Shown: piece after piece, positions 11,855 through 24,600 of the stretch
Numbering within the stretch: position 1 is the stretch's first letter
Layout of the letters: each line of letters opens with the position of its first letter
Source of the DNA: Tubiluchus corallicola
Lineage: Eukaryota; Animalia; Priapulida
DNA: 64,000 nt
Direction: 5' to 3'
Assembly (NCBI GenBank): GCA_030141605.1
Contig: JAQGDQ010000092.1
Coordinates: forward strand, 1-64,000
Position numbers and translations under genes: made by a program
Notes under the pieces: generated by a model
Told to the model about the DNA's origin: nothing
Databases searched by the model: none
Seen by the model: only the letters and a program-made list of their open reading frames with translations

Positions 11855-13291
11855 TTTTACGTACGATTCTGAATATGATTACAATTTTTCCCTGTAAACG
11901 ATTTTTAATTTTTTAAGTATTCAACTAGCCATTGAAACATTATCACTTTGCCGCGTTTTTATTACTTTAATACAATTAATAATCAGCAATAGTTCATATT
12001 AGCTTTTTATCAATCTCATATTTGTGCCTGAATGCATTAAAGATAAAGTTGGACGTATACACGTGTTTGAATACTGAGCAGGTAAATGGTATGAATGCGA
12101 TGGCAGCGAGGCACAGTGAATAACGTATGCAGTATGAATAGCATAGCAGTATGCAGGATAAAAAAGTTTTAAATGGCAAATAAAAGCAACGTTTATAATC
12201 AGCAACACTACGTTTTCATCCAGCAGACCGTTCCAATAGTTCTTTACTCCATTCGAAAGATAATTATTTAATGTTGTTGCCGTTGTGGTTGTTTGCGTCG
12301 TAGAGTAATGCAGCACTTACTTATCAACTTACAAAACGGTGTACCACCTTGCCGTAAAGCAGTTGCCGTCGCTCACATACAAATGGCCAGAAAAGTTGAT
12401 CAAAATGTCCAAACTATGCAGGAGGGTAATATTCTTGATGCCCACCCAAAAAGATGTAGTTCGATCATTTGCACAAAGAAACGAACTTTAAGTGGCATAG
12501 TGTAGTAGTTGTTCGGACGTTATGTGTGGTTGCCGTGCACTGTGTACAGAGGCTCATGGTTTTCTTGTTAGCTTCAAAAATTCATATATAACATTATATT
12601 TTTATACAACGTAATATAAAAAACCACAGATAAAATAAACGGTCGAAAGAAACTTTTAATGAACAGTGCACTGGCTATAAAGTTCAAACGATTTATAGTA
12701 CATTTATAAAATGCCAGAATCAAAAACTGGTGCTACGCAACAAACATTTTCATTTAGACCTACGCGCGAAATGATCTTGGTCATTAAAATTGTTCCAAAC
12801 AGCTCTCCAGCTGGATAACAGAAGTGCCCGCTTGCTAAAACGGAATAACACTTAATTGGTACATTCTTACTGTTCAACAAATTCTTTTTGCTGAAATAGT
12901 TTTATTTATTCTGTTCTTGATCTTGAACTGCATTTTGTTAATTTCATCTTATTTCGCCAATATATCTGCAAAGCTTGACTACACTTGTTCACTCTAGGTC
13001 TTGTAACTGAGCATAGACTTATCAATAATTTATGTAAGCCTTTGTTGGGTCTATACCATTTAATGTGCAATGGCAAAGTGTATTAGCACAATGAGTATTA
13101 TGTTCACAGAAATGCTTGGAAATCATTTTAAAATAGGTGATTTTCCGTTTAAATAAGAACCTTTTTTGTTTCTTCAACTTTGTGATAGGAGAACTAAAAT
13201 TTTATAAAGGGCAGAAACTTTAGTGTTCGTCAATTGATCTGCAGCTCTGCAAGTAATTCAGCCTGAAATCTTAATTCATCACATGGTGGAT

Positions 13292-13401
13292 TTAGCTACG
13301 AAGTGTGTGCCATTGGGCAATAGGGTGCTTTGGTTTTAGCAGCATATCATTCCAGTGTCTTGTTTCTGTTGGTCCACTGCGTCTGCTTAACAAAACGCTG
13401 C
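13292..13401 (-). CDS. SYT7: Synaptotagmin-7, exon 8 (last; GSVLLSRRSGPTETRHWNDMLLKPKHPIAQWHTLRS*)
   Basis: Acceptor tttttttcag, phase 1; matches the Syt7 C-terminus SGPxExxHWxDMxxxPxxPxAQWHxL; TAA at 13294-13292. Confidence 0.93.
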
Positions 13402-13716
13402 CTGAAAAAAACAACGCAAAAATTGTGCATTGTACAAGTTCATTTATTGATTTTATATTACACGTAAGCCATCTACTGGTTAAAATGGAGTAGTAGCGGT
13501 AGCATTCTTCATTTTGCTTTTTTAAACACTGACCATCACAGTATAAGAATTAAAGATAGAAAAAAAGACAGTGTTACTTCACGATAAAAGCATACATTGT
13601 TCTAGGCTAACGCGGCAGGTGCAAGCTAACTATAAGGCATAGCGCAATGAAAATGAAAGGCAATAACAGACAACTACGGACGTACAGTACACTATAATAA
13701 AACTACACACCAAACT

Positions 13717-13805
13717 TTCTCTCTCTCTCACACACGCACGCACGCACGCACGCACGCTCACGCACACACACACACACTCCCCCCCTCTCTCTCTCTCTCT
13801 TTCTC
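13717..13805. repeat. Compound (CT)/(CA)/(CGCA) microsatellite
   Basis: Read directly from the sequence. Confidence 0.9.
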
Positions 13806-13973
13806 AATAAGAGAAAGGTTATTGTTATTAAAACAAGTGTTACGTAATTGTGCGTCTTGTTGTGGACATTACATTGGTGTTATTGGATTTATTTGAAAAA
13901 AAAACCTATGCTAGAAATAGTCGTAATCATAATTACAAGAACAACATGGTCAAACGGGTTTGGCCATTCTTAA

Positions 13974-16570
13974 TTGCCGCCATTCTCGCCACGGCCGATT
14001 GGGATTGGTCTTTATTCCATAATGACTCTGTTAACATGCGTTTTGTGTAGACGGAAGTATCCGGACGCTACAACAAGAATTGAATTTGGCTATTTAATCC
14101 TATGCAGCAAATATTATTGTGCGAGAATCTCAGAAAGTAATGCTACAGTTGTGCCAGTACCTTTTACTAGCAGCAATCAAGATAATCTAAGTTTCGCAAT
14201 CTCTAGCCAAGTAGATGAGAGCAAGTTTGTTCTTCTGCATAATGACCTTAATTATTTTGCTCAAAATCAGTTAGAAGCAGGAGTAGCTTTTACTGACCTA
14301 CTGTCTCTTATTCATGACTTTTACACAGAAGAGCAGTGTGATGAGGCGAAATTGCAGCTTATTAAATAGATACCGGCAGCGTGGGACCGTTCTGAATCTG
14401 GATGTCCCGACTTCGTCAAGAATAGGATCGGCCCGACCAGGAAAAAAGCAGTGTGTAGTGATATATTGAAATTACTGCAGTATGGACCAATAACAAATAC
14501 TGAGCCTGCGCCCAGATTTGCTGATGTACTCACAGAATATACCACCATTGAGTTTAAAATCTGTGGACACATCAGTATTACTAAAACAACTGCAGACTGT
14601 GAAACAGGATCTGGCTTCACTGAAGAACAATTGTGTCAGCAAGGATGATCTAGAAGAAATTTTGGAAAGACGCTTAAATACACAGACAAATTTGTCAGTG
14701 CATCCCCCACAAAACCAGAAAAGCTATTCAGCTGCTTTACAGTCAACATTCAGAGAGAGTGGCAGTGGAATGGAGCATACTCGCTCTAATATGCCGAAGA
14801 ACGAGGGCAACGAAACAAGCAACGATGGTTTCAAGGTGTGGAAGAAGACCAAGCCAAAACGCTTAACAACACGACAGAATACGCAACGCTTCATCACAGG
14901 AACTGCAAAAGAGTGTGGTATTAAATCAGGTAAACCACTACGGCGTATATTTGTGCCGCGTTTAGATCCTCAGACTGTTTCTAGTAACATTGAGGAAGTC
15001 ATCTTAGACCAGTGTAACATTCATGTAAACGTGGAACGTCTGAAAACCAAGAACAGCACGTATTCATCTTTTGTCGTGAACTGTTTTGGCAACGACGAGA
15101 AAGAACGAATCATGAATCCAAACATCTGGCCTACAGGGGTGCTTGTTAAGCCATATTTCCCCCCGAAATCTGCATCTGACGGCAAAGATAGCAACGCTAC
15201 AGCTAAGACAAGCGACCAGTCACAATCCGTGGCTGATGTTGCTCAATCTACCGTTGCTGGGCATACAACGCAAGCGAGCTTGACACTCCTGGCAGCAAAT
15301 CAACGTTCCTGGGGCTCAATGAGTTCTGTTGCTTCGAGTGATGGAAAGTCTTGACATGGATAGCGACAATGTATTAAAAACTCTAAAAATTGTAAGTTAC
15401 AACTGAAACTTCGGCTAATAATTACTTTACTTCGGATGTTAACCAACTACCCTCAACAACCATTACCTATGTTAGTGCAGCTGACAACACATGTACGTGG
15501 CTGGACCACATTATATGCACCGAAGCAGCAAACAAGTTGATTAATATGATTAATATAAATTATGATCTGACGTGATCACATGCCATTAATTGCAGTTTTC
15601 GATGTAGACAGCTTGTTTTCTGGCTCGTCAGACAGCCCTGTAAATACCAATTGTGCATTAGGCCTAAACGCTTCAAACCAAAATTATGTTGCAAAACATG
15701 CCCGGGATTGGAGTAATGCAACCAATATTCAACTGGGTAATTATTATTCTATGACACATGCGGCTTTACTTGATGTATTAATACCATACTCTACAGTCAT
15801 GTGCTGTGATATTCATTGTAGCAGTGATGCACACAGGCAAGAAATAACCAGTTTTCATGATGCGATAATTAACACTCTCAGTACAGCAGCTTCACAAGCT
15901 TTTCCCATTAATGAAAGAATGAGAAACTCTTGGAACGCTGTACCAGGGTGGAATGACTTTGTTGCCGAAAAACACAGTTATTCACGACAATGCTTTGTCA
16001 ATTGGCGTATGCTAGGTAAACCTCGCAGCGGTCCTATTGCAGAAGAAATGCGTCGAGCGTCGTAGCTCAATTTAAATATGCCCTACGCGATTGTAAAAAA
16101 CATCAGCAAAGCATTGTATCAGACAAAAAGGCAAAATTTCCTACCGTCTTATGCATTGCAACTCCTACCAGTTTTGGAAAACAATAAAGAAAGAAACTAA
16201 TTCTAAACTTCCTCTTCCCTCTAGCGTTAATAACGTAACAGGGGAAAACAACATTTGTAATATGTGGGCGGAGCACTATCGCGTTCTTTTTAATTCGGTT
16301 GATAATGGAAATTTGGAGGCGCAGCTGCACCGGGCCCTTGCAGAAGATATGCATATTATACCCAAGTTTACTGTTAGAGAGGTGCAAGATGCAATCGGCA
16401 CACTAACTTTGCATAAATCTACAGGTCCGGATGATATACAGGCCGAACATTTTAAGTATTCTTCCTCAATGTTACCGGTTCTTTTATCCTTGTTATTTAG
16501 CTCCTGTTTGATTCACGGCTTTCTTCCTGAATCGGTAATGATGTCTGTATTAATTCCTCTAGTAAAGTGG
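13974..16570 (+). mobile_element. Degenerate LINE (CR1/L2 group): ORF1 plus partial ORF2, antisense in the last intron of Syt7
   Basis: ORF1 has NDLNYF...FYTEEQCDEAK and an RRM-like FVPRLDP...YSSFVV...PNIWPTGVLVKPY, with one in-frame TAG and one frameshift. ORF2 has endonuclease remnants (WLDHI, xDHMP), PGWNDFV and KSTGPDDIQAEH...LIPLVK, then similarity ends. Confidence 0.85.
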
Positions 16571-17469
16571 CCAAATACATGTAGATCCTTTCCAAACAAA
16601 AAAGGAAAGACAATACGAAAGATAAAACTATCCAGAACTATTTGTTCCTGCTATAGCCCGTCCATTTACTGACATGCTCACCCAGGACACATTTTAATTT
16701 TACTGCTGAGCGTAAAATTGTTTATTAAAAAGAGAGAAAAGGCTTCTTACTATGAAAACTGAAAACGACTAGTGACACAGAATAAATTCATCATAATAAC
16801 AACTGGAGTAACTAACGACATTCTGCAACATTGTCACTCTAAAATTCTTCCTTGTGAGATTTTTTTCAATTTTCGCCAGTCTTCTTGTTTACAGTTTCTC
16901 ATTTTTATAATTATTGTCATACGACTTATTTTCTTCTGTTTTATTTCAATTCATTCAGTTATACAAATGTTCAACTGCCATGTAATGTTTAGTACATTCA
17001 CCATTCATAGATGGCAGACTAGATGATCACTAGAACTTTGGCTACAGATCTTTCTTTAATTTTTTTAATTATATTTCTTTATATAATTGGGCACACTCAC
17101 TGCAAACCGCAATCTATAGTGCTGAAAGGCAGTGCCTACACAACGTTAACGTTTGTGGTGAGACAGAAGCCGCCTCATTATCAAGTTTAAACCTTTAAGT
17201 GAAGCCACTGAGCCGACAAAGTTATCTTAGTCATTTTCAGATATATGCACATGCTCTCTTAAAGAAGTAACTAGGTGGTCATAAGCAAACTGACCAACCT
17301 CGGCTTGGCTTAACTTTGGTCACAAAGCAAATTGCGCGTGATCACTCGGCAATTTGTAACGTATATTATAATTTGACATTTTTGAAAGCATATTCTATAT
17401 TCAAATTCATATTCTTGTCTAGATTAATTTCAATCTATTCTAAGATTATATCGGTAAGCATTAGTGTAC

Positions 17470-17664
17470 CTATAACGTCATTGCGTCCTATTCTATCATG
17501 GTCCATTGCTGTCACCAATAATGACGTATCACGTATTTTGTCTGCAGTCACAACAAATAAGAACGATTCGTTGTAAACAGGATTAAGTGTTGCTTTCCTT
17601 ACGCTTGTCTTCTGTTTCTGAACCTTTTTACCTTTGTACAATAGCCAGATCTTCACATAAGGAT
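17470..17664 (-). CDS. SYT7: Synaptotagmin-7, exon 7 (C2B)
   Basis: DPYVKIWLLYKGKKVQKQKT...LNPVYNESF...MDHDRIGRNDVIG; acceptor tttttag, donor G|gtacac. Confidence 0.93.
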
Positions 17665-18120
17665 CTAAAAATTATTTAAGCAATGAGGTTTTGCCACAAG
17701 GCTATATAATAAATCAATAATACACATTAATTTTTCAAATATTGGCTGGATTACGCTAGTAGTCCACTACTATGAAACTAGTATCAGTATGACAAAACCA
17801 AAAAAGACTAGGCCATGTGATTTTGAATTAATTTAATCTTTGGTGGTAAAGTAAGTTCCTCAGGCCAGAATTAGTGTGACATTTCTCTCATCAAGTTTGT
17901 TTAAAATGGATGTTTCTTCAAATCACTTGAAAGTCGGCCATAATCTCATACGGCTGACTTTTAGATAAAAGTGTATGTAAAATAAATTAACCACATGCAA
18001 ATTATTGGTCAAATAGAAACTTAGAATTTAGACATTTTTCAGGTAGCTGAGATTGGTACACTGTATTTCATCACTTATGCATACATGTATATATGTCTAC
18101 ATGCAAAGGCCTGAACTTAC

Positions 18121-18250
18121 CAGACGTTTTAGTTCCTGAGAAGTTAAATATGTCTTTCCCCTTGAGATTCTTCCCTTTTAGTACTGTAGCAACTAATTTG
18201 CTGGAGACAGGATGATAGCATAATGATACTAAAATCTCTCCGGTCTTTTC
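18121..18250 (-). CDS. SYT7: Synaptotagmin-7, exon 6 (C2B start)
   Basis: EKTGEILVSLCYHP...KNLKGKDIFNFSGTKTS; acceptor gtttacag, donor G|gtaagt. Confidence 0.9.
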
Positions 18251-18756
18251 CTGTAAACACAACAAGCAGAATGGCCAGGCAAATGCAACATAATCAATTA
18301 AATAAATAAATAAATGGATGAAAAGCCGTTTCTTTTTTCTTTCTGATTACAAATAATTATGTATATCAAAAATTAGTTTCAACCGACGGAACTGAAACAA
18401 TAAACGGAAAAATCACTATTGTGCAAAATTACAAATTCAAGTGCATTTTGAAAATCATGTTTCTAAAGTGCAGTTCTTCAAGTCGGTGTAACGCGCAGGA
18501 GGTGAAAATCGTGCATTAAGTTTCTATAAACAAAAAGCAGGCACAAACATTTAGTTTCATTCATTACACTTTGACTACTTGATAAAAATTCACGAAAAAA
18601 TAGAAATGCCCTCTAATTGCAAATTTTTTCATTTATTTATCATATGAAGGTGCATTTTATACGGCGTATTAAAATGAGACTTTTAGCAAGAAACCGTCTG
18701 AAACAGAATTTTGAAGGAAATAGTGTATTCCTTAAACAATAACTCTCCGAACTTAC

Positions 18757-18926
18757 TCTGGCCTTTTGTATTGGCTGTAACGCTTTCCACACTGTGCAGC
18801 CTTCTGATAAATTGACTTCACACAATGGCAAGAAGATTTCTCCTATTGGATCATTCCTACTGAATTTATCGTAGTCATAAATTTGCAGGTTTAGGACTCG
18901 CGTTTGTATTTTTTGATACGGAAAAC
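18757..18926 (-). CDS. SYT7: Synaptotagmin-7, exon 5 (C2A)
   Basis: GFPYQKIQTRVLNLQIYDYDKFSRNDPIGE, a Syt7-type signature; canonical splice sites. Confidence 0.95.
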
Positions 18927-19309
18927 CTAGAAAACAAATGTTTGTTGCCGATACACAAAAATCGAAAAATGTTGGCAATCCGCAGTATGAGTCCAAGCTT
19001 ATAAAAATCTATATAGTGTGTAGTATGTACTATGTTCAGCCTATTTCATCTTATCATATTAATTTATGATAATATCTTACAAGTAATTTTATTTTCGGAT
19101 GAGACGTGTAACACAAAATTTTATATCTATGTTTAATAATATGTTACTTTTCTATTAAAAACCCTTGGTAACTATTTTATAAATGCATCATTTCTTGTTG
19201 CGTATCTGTCCAAAAACAATTCTCACTTTCCGGTTTATCTTCTTTCTCCTTTAATTACACTAGTTGATTACTGTATTAATATCTCTTTCCAACTGTCTCC
19301 CGTTCTTAA

Positions 19310-19310
19310 G

Positions 19311-19352
<42 letters not shown>

Positions 19353-19353
19353 G

Positions 19354-19395
<42 letters not shown>
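19310..19395. repeat. (CT)n microsatellite
   Basis: Read directly from the sequence. Confidence 0.9.
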
Positions 19396-19747
19396 CCCCA
19401 TTCTCTCTATACTCGCAACAACTTCTTAGGCCAGACCCCATATGAATATCATCTTTGGGGTCAAAAACATTACCTGCTATAAAATATTAAAAGGGCATTA
19501 CCTGCTATAAATTATTAAAAGGGTAAGTATATGTAAACTTATTTATTGGACAGTTTCATTTCATCACTTATCGTTCTTACAACATTAACCAACAGCACAT
19601 AAGCAGCCAAAATCACAATTAAGATATAATTTAGACCTCACAGGGCTATTTCAATAATATTGTTAAGTAGATGCCACTAAAAGCATTTGTAGACGCACGT
19701 CTTTATTTTCTGATATCTCGGCTGCATAATACTTGAGCTAAAGTTAC

Positions 19748-19899
19748 CTTCAAAACAGAAAGTTTCGTTCCAGTAAGGATTCAAACATCGTCTCTTCACC
19801 GACGACTCCATTTTAGTTTTCATGTCAGGCAAGAGGAGAATTTTTACATATGGGTCACTGGTACCAGAAAAGTCCTTAGCTGGGAGTCCCACGGCTCGT
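19748..19899 (-). CDS. SYT7: Synaptotagmin-7, exon 4 (C2A)
   Basis: [21 protein letters not shown]...[13 protein letters not shown], close to the Syt7 C2A sequence; canonical splice sites. Confidence 0.95.
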
Positions 19900-20127
19900 C
19901 TAAGTAAAAAGAGTAACTAATTTAGGCTAGTCAATCTCTTTTTTATCACTTATTACATGTATTATTTTAACGCATGCCACTGTACTACAAACACGTAAAC
20001 AATTATTGGCAAGACAGATTAAAAACTAACTTAGACACATTTTAGAAATACGTTAACCAAAAAGTTATAGGTAATAACCCATCACATAGTTTAGCGCACA
20101 CCCTGACCAATATGAATGCATGTCACT

Positions 20128-21538
20128 TAGTCAGTGGTACAGTTTGCCAGTGCTACATTTCGTCAGTGGTACGTTTTGTCGTTTTGTAATTTTCTACATC
20201 ACTCTGAATGTTGTACAGTAGCACTGTGCAATTTCCAACGTTGTATCTCAATTTTCATTTTTCGCTTTTGCAAACACGTGCAACACGCTCTTGGAATGTT
20301 TGTGCTGTTGAAAATTATATTCTGTTATGATGTCATCACTAGTTGGTTTCGCCTGCCATTAATCAAGTTTTAAACCTATTATTTAATTATCAGAAATACT
20401 TTGTTATTATTACAGGTCTATATGTATATTTTTACTGTACTTCAAAATGAGGTAGGATATGAAAAATTTCTTTACTATATTCCACGATTCCACGTCATTT
20501 GCCTTCCTATTTAACAAAGGTTGCTTTAGTCCAGTGGTAAACTCCAAAATGTAAATTGTGTTATTTTCAAGTTTGAACGTTAATTCTATGGCTGAATTAG
20601 TTGTGCAATGCTCGATTTAATTTTTGTGATAGAGATGGATATAATTTACTCTGGGATGTACAATCTTTAAAATCTATTTACAATACGAACTAAATTAATA
20701 AAACTTCATACAAGTTAATAAAAGAATAACTAGGACTAAAATTAAGTGGTGAAGTGACCTTTCATAGAAACTTTACACACACACACACACACACACACAC
20801 GCACTCACGCACGCACGCACGCGTGCGTGCGTGCGTACGTGTGTGTGTGTGTTGATAGACAGATAGGTAGGTATTACATGATGCAATGCTAATCAGTAGC
20901 AATAATATCAGCCCTGTAACAGAAGTGCTTAAGAATCGTACGTGATTTGATCTTTACTTTTTGTTATACTATATACCGGAAACAGCGAAAATGATAATTA
21001 GTATTTCATATAATACACCTATAATACTATAAGTTTTTCACTTAAAATAGCGTTTAAAATGATCGATTGCTGGTAAATTATGAAACAATGATATCATGGG
21101 TTAGATTAGTGACAAAGTATAAAAGTAATAAGTGCACTGGAAAACTGAAACACCTGTTGAACTGAAATGTAAATGATATACAATATAGCAGAGAATTTTC
21201 ACAATGTGGCAAAACGTCTCACTCGCGAAGTGTCTACCGAGGAGACAAAAATTTATTAAATAGAAAGGTAAATGACATGGACTATAGAAATGGCATTTTA
21301 CTGGCGAAATGTATGACAGGGGAAATATGTACAGGCGAACTGTGCTAATGGGCAGTGACGAACTGAAATATTTTGTTAAAGGAATAAGGTAATAACATAG
21401 CAGGAGAATTTTACTGGCAATTGGCGAAGTATGTACCTGCGAACTGTACCACTAGCGAACTCTGCGGCTGGCGAATTGTATCAGTGGCGAAAATTTACCA
21501 CTGGCGAACTGTCTCATTGGTGAAATCCTAACTGGCTA
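20128..21538. mobile_element. Foldback-like element with ~16-bp tandem-unit arms
   Basis: The left arm (cagtggtacagtttgccagt units) is the reverse complement of the right-arm units (ctggcgaactgtacca); termini tagtcagt / actggcta. Confidence 0.6.
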
Positions 21539-22079
21539 GAAGGGTGGATACTTGACCACACAACTATTCCTATTGCTCCTGAGTTATCCCAATTCATGAA
21601 TTCTTAATTACTTGAAAGTACATATCAGGTCAGTTATTATCTTAAAAAATTAGTTCTTAGTGCATTTAAGGGTCGACAAACATGATTCATGGTCAAATAT
21701 TTCTCGGTCAATTGCCCGGCTCATCCCGGCACCCGGCTTCAAGCCAAGTCAAGTGCTGTAGAGTAATTTATTCACAATCTTTGACGGCATGTCATCCGAA
21801 CACTTTGCAAACTGTAAAACTATTCATCAGTACAATCACTGCCAATTGTCAAGTCCAAGTTGGAAAATAAAATACCTTTTCGCTGGCTATTGTTCGTTTC
21901 TCCCGTGACTGTTAATAATTCATTTAACAGCCACATAATACGTTTTAATTATTAATTACCATGGAGTCACTTTATCATTTTGTGTATAGTCCTAATAAAA
22001 ATGGCAAATTGTGCAATAAAAGCTCTGGAATAGAAAAGACGGAATGGGCGTAGTATGGAGATGCCCACGTCGGCGATTA

Positions 22080-22420
22080 ACCGTCATCACCATCATCAAC
22101 CTATGATTGTTGTTACTATTATCGCCGATGATGACGATAGGATAACAACAGTAGCGGTAAGACAGGATCAGTGATAACAGCGAAAATTTCTGATGTTAAA
22201 GATTATAGCAGCTAAGATGTTAGTAATAGAGAACCACTATAATGACGATGACGACGACGCCGATGATGATGAAAGTCAGAAAGTGTGATGTGGATAATGC
22301 ACACTGATGGATGTGTGATGTGGAAGGATGAAGTTATTGTTGGTGTTGTTGTTGTTGTGATAATGGTAAAGATAATAATGATAACAAAGATGTTGACGTT
22401 GGCAATGATGATGACTAGGA
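22080..22420. repeat. Degenerate (GAT/GAC/GTT) trinucleotide low-complexity tract
   Basis: Read directly from the sequence. Confidence 0.7.
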
Positions 22421-22464
22421 CCAACATCTTGCGTTGTACCCCAGACATCTCAAAGGTAACTCAC

Positions 22465-22682
22465 CGGATCACAACCGTTAGAGTTGTCACAGGGAAGTCA
22501 TACAACACACTAAACTGAACCTTTCCCAGAGGTGATTCTGGATCGTCGCTGGACAACAGTCGAGCAGTGTGTTCCGGAATGGGCGAATCAGGTCCAGAAT
22601 CGTCTGATGTAGTTGTGCCACCTGTTGCAATTGACAAAGCTTTCTGCAGCTTTTTTGAGGCCGACGTCAGTGGTGATCCCTC
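22465..22682 (-). CDS. SYT7: Synaptotagmin-7, exon 3 (linker and C2A start)
   Basis: EGSPLTSASK...LGKVQFSVLYDFPVTTLTVVIR; 218 bp, phase 0-2, donor CG|gtgagt. Confidence 0.88.
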
Positions 22683-24439
22683 CTATTGGATGTAATTAAT
22701 AAAATTAATTAATTATTTATCAACAACCTAAAGTCCTAAACGCTTGTGTACGTTGACACGTTTTAAATTATTGGTGTTATAAGAAAGACCTAGTCAGGAT
22801 TTACAGTCAGAAATATAAATTTTATGTACTAAATTTCTGCAAAGTCTTATAAAACTCACTTTTGCCTAAAATCGACTAATACATAAAGGTATCTTCACAT
22901 AACAAATCCATAGATCTGATAATTAAATCAAACACGGCATGCTATAGAAGTAGACCCATAAAGTTCAATTTGCAGCCCATAAAGCGTAATACAGTCAGGG
23001 AAATATCGTTACATCGCATATTGATAAGGTCAGACAAGGAAATAAGTCACCAGTTCATTGTTTAAAGCATCAAACATTACGTGTCTCCTCCACCAAGCCA
23101 AATACCATGAGATATTTTGTACCAAAGTCACACAGCTGGTTGCTCATCCTGCCACAGATATGGGGTCTCTCATCGATTACGTATTATTTCCCATAAAAGT
23201 CCATGCAAGTACAGTGGATAGTCTGCAACCCGGTTTATTATTTTAGCTTAAATTAATCAATTTTAATTTTGGGCTCACGTCATCAGAATCCGCATTTCCA
23301 CAGCAACTACAAATAGTTGACCAATAGCCACGTTGTTCTCCAGCCTCCAGCTGCCGTTAAAATGTTTTTACCAAACTTTATAGACAAAATAAAAGTTTAA
23401 AACCCTACTACAGGTAATGTAGATTCGACATGGAATGAAGAGACTAGCTGTCTAGTCAGATTCATTGTAAAAGCTTAATTAACATCGACCTCTTAAGTTT
23501 AAATGTAACAAAGTGCTAGCTACTAAAAACGTATTTATTCAACATTCTTTTCATAAATCGTCGGGCGCGGCGTTGACAAAATATATTGGCACACGTTCAA
23601 CTATAGAGTCTTTACAGCTCGACTGCAATTTTTTGGTGGGGAGTATCACACCAGCGCAATTATAATATTTTAAACAGACGATTAACAGTGCTTGTTAAGG
23701 AATGAAATTAAAATCTTATTGCAAATGTAAATGCTCTCATTTGTTACAAAGAAAGGTTGAAAAAGTTAGAGGAAGTGGTTATCTGATTAAAAGTCAAATT
23801 TATTTATAATAAGCAACCATCTAAGTCAAGTAACTAAAGTTCAATAGAAATCACCGTCTTCAGAAAGCACAACTGGAAGAAGTCGCAAAACTAAATCTAT
23901 TTTCTTTATCAGTTTATCTGAATGTTCAAATGTCAGCGTTCGAAGTGCAACTTCCGTAAATCTCACGGGCTTCAGAAATTTAATATAGCCTTGTATTGCA
24001 TCAGTGATCTAAGAAACCTAGCTGTTTGGATTTTCTTTGTGAATCATTTCAGAATGAAAGATTGTTTTCTGCAATAGAAACTAACTGCATAAGAAAAAAA
24101 CTATTTCAAGGCTTACAAGAGTGAAGAATCTAAATCCCTAATTAATTTCTCCCAATCGTGGATATATGAACCACGGTAAGTACAGGCAGGAAGAAATTTT
24201 CTAGTTACAAAATAACTTAACTATAAAACAGCTATCACAACTTCAAAAATGGAAGACCACTGGGCCGTACGGTATATTAAACTCTACAGAGCACCACGAG
24301 TTAATTACATTTCTATGTCTAAACTACGTATGTATATGCAGTTCTATGTGGATGGGATCTATGTGCGCACATTGTTTTTTTTGTCAATTAACAAATACAA
24401 GGGTTTTGTGGATAAAAACCCCAAGGGCTTTCATTTGAA

Positions 24440-24600
24440 TAATTATTGCAATGATATGTAATCTGTAATCAAACAAGCAATTTTACTTTGGAATTCTCTA
24501 CCATTACAGGTTAAACAAATCAAGTCCCTATCAGCATTTAAAACAAAATTAAAATCACTAATATTAACCAGATATGAAATGCCATCACACCAGTACGACA
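24440..24600 (+). mobile_element. CR1/L2-type LINE 3' fragment
   Basis: Translates to SVIKQAILLWNSLPLQVKQIKSLSAFKTKLKSLIL, the WNxLP...FKxKLK motif. Confidence 0.65.
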
